Shown one piece after another: positions 26,294 to 36,327 of a stretch of 64,000 bases of DNA. The position numbers and the translations under genes are program-made. The notes under the pieces were generated by a model that was not told where the DNA came from, did no database searches, and worked only from the letters and a program-made list of their open reading frames with translations. Each line of letters opens with the position of its first letter. Position 1 is the stretch's first letter. This DNA comes from Setoptus koraiensis (Eukaryota; Animalia; Arthropoda): the NCBI GenBank assembly GCA_048013815.1, contig CM106585.1, forward strand, positions 20,956,001 to 21,020,000, written 5' to 3'.

Positions 26294-27448
26294 ATGGCAA
26301 AATCTATCCAAGCTCCTCAAATTCCCATCGTACGCTTGGGTACGAAATTTGGTAAGATTCTAATAGTCGGTTTCGCCATAATGAGTAATTTAGTTGAGGA
26401 ATCAAGCTCCTCGGATGAGGCCACACAAATATACAACCCCGGTATGGTTTCCAGTAAGGATAAATCGAAACCTTTGAGACGCAAACGATCCAAAGGTGGT
26501 ATCGAAAAGGATAAAGTTGACTACTGGAGGTTGTTCGACGTTCCTTCCTTCGATTTGGACCCAAGTCCTTCGCTAGACAATGATGAGCTACTGGTGATGA
26601 TCTCGACAGTGACCTGGGCAAGAAACGATTTTCAGTCCTGGCAATAATTCTCTATGACAAGAGACTGAGGCTCCAGAGGCCCCCAAAGCGAAAAACAGCA
26701 ACGCCGCCTAGTGGCTATTAATAGTGATAACAATAATAGTAGAACTAAAGTAAGTATAATTGACATTTAATTTAATTTTATTACATTGAATATTATCTAT
26801 AAATTCAAGACTAATCTTCTTTTCATCCTTTTCTTCTCTCCTTTTAGATGGCCAACAATAATTTTTACAATTGCACCATCACGGCACCCACCCCTGGCAT
26901 CATGGCGCCAAACAACGGCAGACCAGGGCGTGGAGGACGCGGAGCACGCGGTGGACGCGGAGCACGCGGAAGTGGGCGAGGCACCTCGACCCACCCACCT
27001 CGCAACAACAACAACCGCAGCACCAGCAACAACAGCATGCCAACGCCCTCCCATCCCATCGGATGAAGCCGCCCTCGAGGCCAGGATTAGAACTCTAACC
27101 GGCGTCCTCGAGGGCGTGCGTAGCTCTCGGTTGGCCGCCGAGAAAGCTGCCGCGGAGGCGTCGGCTGTGGCCGCCGCTGCTCGCACCAAACGGCGTCTGG
27201 CCCGACAGCAGCACCGCGATTTAGAATCGGAGCAACCCCATCAGCAACCCCATCAGCAACCCCAGCAGCAACTCCAGCAGCCACCTCACGAGCAACTCCA
27301 GCTGCAACCTCAGGAGCAGCAACAGCTGCAACCTCAGCAGCAACAGCTGCAACAACAACTACAGCATCCGGATCGGCTCACCACCCCGGATATTCTTCAT
27401 CCAATGGATACGGTGGATGCCGATCCGCATAGCCAAAATTTGAATTAA
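26294..27448 (+). pseudogene. Frameshifted two-exon gene fragment (acidic/basic region, 98-nt intron 26750..26847, RGG box, coiled coil, Q/P-rich tail)
   Basis: ORF 26294..26647 (SSSSDE..KPLRRKRSK) and protein-like pieces in shifted frames to 26749. Donor AAA|GTAAGT at 26750; strong acceptor CTTTTCTTCTCTCCTTTTAG|ATG at 26847. The downstream RGG frame (26848..27066) overlaps a frame with EAALEARIRTLTGVLEGVR..AAEKAAAE and QPHQ/QQLQ repeats. No family recognised. Confidence 0.45.
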
Positions 27449-28377
27449 TAATAATACCCAAATTGGGCGTGGTACGTGTTCCGAACAATAACCAACAATT
27501 TTCAGTCCTGGCAATAATTCTCTATGACAAGAGACTGAGGCTCCAGAGGCCCCCAAAGCGAAAAACAGCAACGCCGCCTAGTGGCTATTAATAGTGATAA
27601 CAATAATAGTAGAACTAAAGTAAGTATAATTGACATTTAATTTAATTTTATTACATTGAATATTATCTATAAATTCAAGACTAATCTTCTTTTCATCCTT
27701 TTCTTCTCTCCTTTTAGATGGCCAACAATAATTTTTACAATTGCACCATCACGGCACCCACCCCTGGCATCATGGCGCCAAACAACGGCAGACCAGGGCG
27801 TGGAGGACGCGGAGCACGCGGTGGACGCGGAGCACGCGGTGGACGCGGAGCACGCGGAAGTGGGCGAGGCACCTCGACCCACCCACCTCGCAACAACAAC
27901 AACCGCAGCACCAGCAACAACAGCATGCCAACGCCCTCCCATCCCATCGGATGAAGCCGCCCTCGAGGCCAGGATTAGAACTCTAACCGGCGTCCTCGAG
28001 GGCGTGCGTAGCTCTCGGTTGGCCGCCGAGAAAGCTGCCGCGGAGGCGTCGGCTGTGGCCGCCGCTGCTCGCACCAAACGGCGTCTGGCCCGACAGCAGC
28101 ACCGCGATTTAGAATCGGAGCAACCCCATCAGCAACCCCATCAGCAACCCCATCAGCAACCCCAGCAGCAACTCCAGCAGCCACCTCACGAGCAACTCCA
28201 GCTGCAACCTCAGGAGCAGCAACAGCTGCAACCTCAGCAGCAACAACAGCTGCAACCTCAGCAGCAACAGCTGCAACAACAACTACAGCATCCGGATCGG
28301 CTCACCACCCCGGATATTCTTCATCCAATGGATACGGTGGATGCCGATCCGCATAGCCAAAATTTGAATTAATAATA
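26628..28377 (+). repeat. Near-identical tandem duplication, period 870 bp (26628..27451 vs 27498..28377)
   Basis: The copies appear identical by eye apart from extra 18-, 12- and 24-nt repeat units in copy 2 (220 vs 238 aa ORFs). Confidence 0.95.
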
Positions 28378-28824
28378 ATCGATCAAATTTATTTAATATA
28401 CTGGTTTTTTGTTTGGTCTCTCTTGATTTCTTTTTATCGCTTAATTTTAATTAAGTTGCTATTGGGGTGGTGATGATGACTAGGTTTATTCACGTGACAG
28501 AACGAATCAGTGCTATTTTTTTTAGCGCTTGATTTTAATTAAGGGCTTATGATGTAGTGCTGTGGGATCCTGAAGATCACGCATGAATATCCACGCACGG
28601 TATGATGGTGGATACTAAATTCGTGCATTTCACAGGATATTCACCAATTGTGCTATGGTGATTCACGCGCTGTGTGCTTGTGAATACTCCGACTTTGTAT
28701 GCCAGTGAATATTCACGTACCGATTTATTTGCGGATATTCACAGTTTTCGATCTTTAGAGTCACGCGCTGTGTGCTTGCAAACATTAGCACTAGTATAAT
28801 CAGTGCTTAGTGAGTGAGTAGGCT

Positions 28825-29725
28825 TAGCGATTAGGTCCCCACTCAGATCTTGATGAAACTTCCGGTGCGGGTCCCCCTTGACCCCAATAGAATGGAAAAA
28901 GTGGTCCGGAAGTGCGGAAACTTCCGGTTCCGGTTTTACAAAAAGTTGAAGCTAGAGCTCCAAGATTCACCATAGAGACGTTTCAAGCTACGCTGAACAC
29001 GATGACATAATTTTCAGCTTTGTGCGACTTCCGGTTTTCGAGATATAGAGATATTACTAGGGTTAGAAGACCGGAAGTGACCAAATTATTGCTTCGCTGC
29101 GCTCGGGGATGCACATGCGGTGTGTCTGAGAACTCGGCCTGCGGCCTCGTATTCTGGAGGCCGTCACATCTCCGTCGTCGCTCCCGCGACGACTGCGTGC
29201 GACGGGAACCCTTCGGGTAGAGTTGATGAGCGCTTCGGGTATCGGGCTGCGCCCTCTACCCTCCGCTCACATGACTGCAATCCATGCACAGATGTAGGGA
29301 GAAAGACGAAAAAAACCGACAAAAAATGAAAACAAATGGGACAAGAGGATATGGATAATTATTTGATTTTTATTATATCAATGTGATGACTGATATATGA
29401 CCCAATACATGGTGTTGCTCACTCTATGCACGGGATGGGTCGGCTGACCGCATCCGCACAGACCCGGCCACACCTCTTAATCAAATAAACCTTGATATCT
29501 CCTGAACCGGAATTGATGGGGGATCGATTTTGATTTCATCATTCTCCGCTAGGTGTCATCTACTAGATTCTGAATTTTCAGAGCTCTATCTTGATATTTT
29601 TGTATTTCCGGAACCGGAAGTTTCCGCACTTCCGGACTACTCAACTCGTAATATAGGGCCCCTACGGGGCCCACGTGTGAAGTTTCATCGAATTCTGAGT
29701 GGGGACCTAATCGCTACAACACCCG
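28825..29725. mobile_element. Foldback/MITE-like module copy 2
   Basis: TAGCGATTAGGTCCCCACTCAGATCTTGATGAAACTT.. left arm and ..AAGTTTCATCGAATTCTGAGTGGGGACCTAATCGCTACAACACCCG right arm; shares the internal core with copy 1. Confidence 0.75.
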
Positions 29726-29883
29726 AAAAATTCATTCGAAAGCCACCAAATTCGCACTGTCGATCAGTCAATCTATGGCTATCTAGTGTGCGAAAATTGG
29801 CAATTTTATCTTGACAAACTTGGAAACTATGGCTGATTTTCGAAAATAAAATAGTGCATGAAAATGCGGATGCATCATAGCGA

Positions 29884-30112
29884 TCAAGTATCGTTCAAAT
29901 ATAGATGCGAGTATGTGATAACATGTCGGAGTTGAACATCTATGCCTGTCGAATCAGAGTAGCCGAGAAGATGACATAATAAATAAATGTTCTTCAAATT
30001 CCTATCACAACGTGATACACATGCTGACCGACTACTCTGATCTGACAGGCATACATGTTCATCTCTGGCATGGTGTAACATACTCGCATCCAAATTCCAA
30101 CGATACTCGTCT
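29884..30112. repeat. Imperfect inverted repeat, arms of about 90 nt; further copies of the arm at about 26203-26296 and 21137-21183
   Basis: AGTATCGTT..GATGCGAGTATGT..CATG..GAACA..TATGCCTGT..ATCAGAGTAG is present at 29888 and as its reverse complement ending at 30110. Confidence 0.8.
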
Positions 30113-30937
30113 ATCCAAAAAATTAAGCGCTCGAGATACTGACGGAATCAGTATCACTTGTTATTTTGATGCTGGCGTATTCGTCTGCTCGAGATGCATC
30201 GTATCGCATCAAGCTTTTTGCATTAAGTTAGCTCGAGCACGACAATATCTGTTTCATCACTCCCCAGTCTCTCCCTAAATCTCCCTGAAATAGCCCAATT
30301 CTCTCCCAATTCCTCTATAATCAGCCTGAAAAATCTCAAAAAAGCCCGAAAAACCCCAGAAACTACATGAAAAGTCCCTGTCGAACTAAAGTCGTGTCGA
30401 ACAAATGCACTGTCGAACGAATGTACTGTTGAAATTTCGTACGTCGGGCATGAGCGCTGTCGAACGAGTGTTCGTCGAACGAACGGCGGTAACAAACTAT
30501 CTATGCACCTACGATCATTCACTAGAAAAATTAAGCGCTCTTATACTGGTATAATCAGTTTAACATGTATTCTTTTCCTGTGGCTTCTAGGAATGATCTA
30601 CAATAGGTGGTCACCGGATGTTCGTGCGGGTGGGTACGGCTGATAGTACCCTCCATGTGCCCTTAAATACCTTGAAATACCCACAATGCGGTACCTCGGG
30701 TATCCCGAGAACGAAGAGTTTAAGCTCTTCCGGAATACGTTTGCAGGTATCAGGGTACGATACCCTACCCAAAATACCCAAATTGGGCTTGGTCGCTGTC
30801 CGCTACTATAACCAGTTTTCTTTGCCAATATTATGAGAACCGGAAATTGTAAAAATCTGAAATTGACGTCATTGCGTTAGACATGCTCAGAAAAGGCTGT
30901 ACACCGGGCTACAAGCTTGTATCTCTGGTTTTTTTTG

Positions 30938-31025
30938 AAACCGGAAGTTCCTGCGCTTCGAATTTGTTATTGCGGGGCACTGTATGCCCTGTGTGCGAAG
31001 TTTCATTGAAATCGAAGTGTGGCGC
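30938..31025 (+). repeat. Diverged fragment resembling the right arm of the foldback module
   Basis: AACCGGAAGTT.C.GC.CTT and GTGTG.GAAGTTTCAT.GAA.TC motifs in the same order as 29610-29700. Confidence 0.4.
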
Positions 31026-32795
31026 TCTTGTATAGGAGATCCGGGTATTTGTATGAATATTAATGTCGACCTGCAGTACATAACAAGAACGAGAATTGTA
31101 TTAACTAATAAGCTGTATACAAACTGCAACCCACGAGTCCAACAATCTCCGACAGTGTGCTAAAGAGTGACCGCACAGTTTATACACCTCAGGATGCACG
31201 CGCCAAGAACAGGTGAAACGGGTGCTGACGAGGACTAGGGGGCCAGAACTCATTACAGTTAGTCGTCAGCATAACTTATCTTGTGTCAGTGTATTTGTGC
31301 GCGTGTGTTGAGAGGCGTAAATGTCTCGAGGCAACTGCTAACTGTTTTTGGGTCTGTTGGGCGTGAGTCACCAGCGACAGCAACAACCATACCGGCAGTA
31401 ACGGCGACGCTAACAACAACAGAGAAGCGTACACATGAATCACACATGTTTTGACACGCAAAAACAGTAGAGCACACAATGTGTAATGCAGATAACACCT
31501 AGGGGCGCAAATACAAATAGAGATACTAACAGATTAGAAATATTGCGCACATTACGTAAGCGCCCTTGATCATTGTTTGTTGTTTCATTAGTAGCAGTGG
31601 TAAGGGTACAAGAACTAACTGTAAATGGAACACTATTAAACACTGCTCTGCGTGTATGTCTGTCTGCTTGTTTGTCTGCTTGTCTGTCCGTATAATAGTC
31701 AGTTAGAATAGAAGCTGTTAATGGTGGTCGACAACAACAACGACAACAACAACGACAACAACAACGACAGCCACGGCGACAACGACAACGTCAACGACAC
31801 CAGCACCAGCGGCACCGGCAGAGGTGGCGGCATATAGCGACGATTGCGAGTTGAAAGGAGAAGACATCATTAAGATAAAGTTGGTGAGACATTCTCACAT
31901 TAATTAGTTGAGATCATCGTCATTTTTTGTTTGTTTACTATCTTGCAGTGCGAGTGCGATGATCAGTCAACTTTTTGTTGTTGTTCACTTGCTGTTGTGT
32001 TGTTGTCGCTGATGTTGTTGTTGTTGTAGCTGTTGTTTTGTGTCATATCGTGTCCTTATATATCTTGTGTATATTCTCATATCTATCGTTTGTCCATGGC
32101 CGGCACACTACATAGTTGCGCTAACTAACTAAATGTTTACTAACTGGCAAGCGAGCCTCTCATCATCATAAGCAGAAGCAGCAGTCAGAAAGATGAGACG
32201 AGACGAGATGTTAGGCTCACTGGTTTACTGTGCATAGTTAGCTGAAACGACACACCAACGACTCTGTTACGTAATACGTTAGTCAGACTATTATGCTTCA
32301 ACGGTTGGTTCATGGGCTGTGGCTAACCGCACACACACACACACACACACACAACTAATTCATCATGATCTTTTAGACAATATTTGCACACTTGATATGT
32401 TAATGGTGAATTAGTCAGGTTGTGTGTTAGCTCGCCGGTTAGTCAGAGACTTTTTGCAGCTTGCGTTTTGTGCCCTCGAACGGTGCTTCAATTTAACTCA
32501 ATTGTAATCATTGGATCAATTTTAATATAGGACATGCTGATAGTGAAAATACTCACTGGCGTGTCGATAGGCTGGCCGTCTGACAGTTAGGCTCGATTAG
32601 TCTACTCTTTTATTACAATTTAACTTATCAGCCATCCGACTCATTTAAGTAGCTGGCTAGATTGTGCTGATAATGCTGTGTAGTGCTTGTGTGTAGCGGC
32701 ATCGTTTGCGACACTAGCTGACAAAGATATAACCATGTACGCCCTATACAGCATATTTATGCAAATTGCTTGTCTTTTCTGTCAATACTTTCCCT

Positions 32796-32830
<35 letters not shown>

Positions 32831-35800
32831 TCTCTTGCTATGAAGCAGCAGGCTCACTTTCTGTCGCTTACCATAGCGACCCAAGCCAGCTAGCACTACA
32901 AATGAGTCGCGACACAAACAAGAATTTATTATTTTATAATTCATAATTACGGAAGGAGGGCAAATTATTAAATTATTAAAATATTAAAAACCATCAAAAT
33001 TTTTTTGTGCCACCATAGACCAGCAGACAGACTAGCGGCAGACAGGCTAGCAGCCGACTAACTAGCGACAGACTAACTAGCGTCAGACAGCAACAACAAC
33101 AGCGACCTCATATGACGTGCCAAGGTGATCGAATTCGCCCTGACAAGGGCCTCCGCCACCACTAATCAGTAACGGTGAGCCAATGAGGAATTGAAAAATT
33201 TTCTGCAAAAAAAACAAGGTCAAACACGCACAGTTGCCTTATTTTGATTTTATTTTTATTTTCATATCCCTTGGGGCTGTTTGAGTGCCCCAGCGGACCC
33301 ATTATTATGCGCTGAGGCAGGCCAAGCCAAGTCGACGAGCTGCCAAGTTGAGACAAAATGGAAAACCTAACTTAATTATTCCTCTTATCGCCAGCGACTT
33401 GGCACTATGGCCAGAGTGAGCGAGCTGCAACACGAGGACGGAAGAGCCTGCAAAATCAACTTAATATTCGACAGACAATCTCTGGCAATTTCTTTCTTGA
33501 ACTTTTCAAATAAAAACCAAATCAAACAATGAAAGCGAATGGTCTGAAATTTTTAATAGTGTTCTTAATAGCTTGCGAGCAGTTAAAAGAAAGCCTATGC
33601 TCTCTGTCCGATCGGGTCGGCCCAATTGGAACAAATAACTGGAATTTCTGCAAGAGAGCTCTTTTTTTTTGTTTGTTGCATGCCAACAAATCTCAGCTGG
33701 CTTGTGGCGAAATTCTCTCTCCCTCAAAATAATCCCATCGCTGGCAATATATAATGCCAGCGTAATAGATGAAATGAATGATGATGAATCTCTTAGTGAT
33801 GGGCTAACCAGCAGCGGCGACCATTAATGATGGCAACCAACAGTTGATTACGCCCCTCAGACGGTATTACGAACAAAATAAAAATAAAATTTTCTCGAGC
33901 TGGCCAACGCGTTGCTGGTGGCCCTTTTCAAAATGATGATCAAATGATCCTGCATGGGTGATCTTCATTGTTTTTGATTTAGAGTTGCGCTAGATTTGCG
34001 GCATAACGCAGACACAGCGTGCGTCTGTGTGTCGCCGAGACAAGTCTGGCCCCACTCGAGGAATAGTTTAAATTGATCGTTTGAATTCAGGATTTGGCCC
34101 CAAAGAGAGAGAGAGAGAGAGCCCACACGATATACTTATACGATATTTTTATACGATTATATGGGCATGTGAGGTCATATATTATACGAGCTGTCTGCCA
34201 ACTAAAGCCGTAACGGAAGCAATGGCACCAGCACCAATGTGTCGTTCATGTGATTCGAAGCGATGAGCCATCAGGAATTAAGAGAGCATGGCGATTGTAT
34301 ATAACGACGACCACAAGTGCGTTTATGTTCATTGGAGCATGGCAAGTCATGGTGATGATTATGCTAATGACTAGAAAGGATTCGGCTAACAAGCAACTAC
34401 CGAATTTTAATTTTTAAATTACGATAACAACAACAATAACAGAATATATGAGAAGAAGAATGATAAGAAGAAATAACTGTGCACTCAATGTACTCATTGT
34501 ATCTAGAAAAATACAGCTTAGCTATAGTCTTTTCTCAGCTTTATCTCGCTAGTCCTAAATACATTTCGCTCGACTAGCTCACCTAGCGACTCACCGTGGG
34601 CAGCTTTGCGTTTGACAAAGCAATAAATTGCCAAAAAGAATATACGTAGACTAACTTGCACTTCCATCACCAGCATCATCACCACAAAACGACCAGTTAA
34701 AATGGATTTCTTGTTCAATGGGCTATGAATAGCCCGTTTAGACAAACCAGCCAGCAGCAATGAGATGAGCAAGCAAATTCAGTTTAAATTCAAACAGTTT
34801 AAATTCAAACACTTCTTGTGGGCCTAATTTTGGTGGTTGGTGGCAACAAGAAAACTTTTTTGAGCAATTCGAGTACGAATTAAGAACGCATTTAGCGCCG
34901 TCTACCGGCAAGCGCAAACACCATCCCAAATATTCTGATATCTTGTGTCGGAATTTGAGCTCATTATCCGGAGGCCTCATCATTAGTTTGGGGCCTCTGT
35001 TGATGCGAAAGTCTTGAAAGATAGTGCGAAATGCACATAAAAATTTGCATGTCACCCTATGTCAGCTTTATTTTGCGTGATTTTCATTTAACGTAGTTAG
35101 ATTTGTGACGTAATATTTGTCGGTTTCTCTCACAGGTCATCTGGTGCTTATTAATGGAAACAACATGCCCATAGATTCTCCTTTTTTTTTGTCGCGACTC
35201 TCGACTCTAGAGTCTCGTTGTTGCTGGTGGCGCCATCCTGGCTCATCTAAATCAACTAACATTTAGAATATTTCCTTTATTTTATCCCTCACAACAGCAA
35301 TTAGTTCTTTTTATGGACATCTCAGTCGCTAGATGAAACTGGTAGCACGAGCTTAAATAATTCTATGAATGATTGGGTGAGGGGGCCGATTTTAAAGGAA
35401 CTGTCCGAGTTTCTCTGGGGCCCAGAGTCTGGGCAAATGGATGGATCATTGAGAAGTTAATATCATGTATATTGAATGATGTCATTATCACGGTGAGATC
35501 TATTTAAATAAGGCGCCCCTCATCTTGAGTTGACCACTACTGAGTTTACACAAATGCTCATAGATGTCGCGTCGATAGTTGATAGTTCTTTCCCACGGCA
35601 TGGCTGCGCACTAGATGGTTGCAATTGCTTGAAGTTGCCTTCATATTGGTGGTATTGAGTTGTGAGATAAGGGGGGAAGGCACAGCACAAGTGGATTCAG
35701 TGGTCATCGTCGTTAGCTTTGGTAGTGATTTGTTGGTGTTTGTTGCTGGCTTCGAGCTTGTTGTCAGTTGGTGTTTGCGAGTTGCCCGACGCACACATTT

Positions 35801-36234
35801 GCACAACGAATTGTCTCATTGGACACAACAGGTGACAGCAGGTGACAAACAAAAGACAACAATCAATATTGACCAATAATATCCTATAACTGTATCTTGT
35901 ATCTGCATATTATAACAGCAAGCAAGCCAACAGTGATGAGCGACCAGCTCAATTTCATCGATGCAAGTGTCTAGCGGCAACAGCAACAGCATTATAATAT
36001 TAGCTAGAAACATGAAGTTCAATGACAGTTCAATTGGAATTAGTTCAGCTCGTGCACGTAGACAATTATCGTATCGTAACTAGCGCCCAATCAATTAGTG
36101 ACAATCAATTGGTGACAATCAATTAGTGACAATCAGTGAACTATCAGTGAAAAAGAAAAGAAAAGAAAGAAAAAGAAACACAAACTTAATATAAAGCGCC
36201 AACGCAAAATACATACAAATTGTGCGGCCTCAAA

Positions 36235-36327
36235 ATGATGTGCTTTGGGGTGAAAGAGCGCAAAAGAGCGCAAAACCATTGCGTAATAGTGCTGCTGGAT
36301 GACACCCAACTAGTTCACGAAGTATTG
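36235..36327 (+). CDS. EPB41L4A: EPB41L4A coding exon 1
   Basis: [14 protein letters not shown] parallels the MGCFC..YCEVLLLDE start of this subfamily; donor TTG|GTAAGT at 36328, phase 0. Confidence 0.8.

Larger units (their letters stand above)
25556..28380 (+). mobile_element. Helentron/HINE 5' end followed by cargo-like interior (short repeats, gene fragment, tandem duplication); own 3' end not resolved
   Basis: TTTTATT-AGCGCTTAATTTTAATTAAGTAGCTACTGGG..TTATTCACGTG at 25556-25622 matches the 5' ends at 21918 and 28436. The right boundary is assumed at the next 5' end. Confidence 0.5.
28431..30575 (+). mobile_element. Nested Helentron/HINE pair: 5' ends at 28436 and 28524, 3' ends at 30119-30162 and 30527-30575
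   Basis: ATCGCTTAATTTTAATTAAG (28436) has the same about 90-nt leader as 21918 and then a T-run in which a second AGCGCTTGATTTTAATTAAG (28524) starts. Two AAAATTAAGCGCT + hairpin 3' ends follow downstream. The pairing of ends is inferred. Confidence 0.62.

Noticed and set aside
31205-31270. GAAAC followed by CTGACGAG, resembling a hammerhead core
   Set aside because: Only 5 nt separate the motifs, too short for stems III and I; GCTGACGA instead pairs with downstream TCGTCAGC as a simple hairpin.
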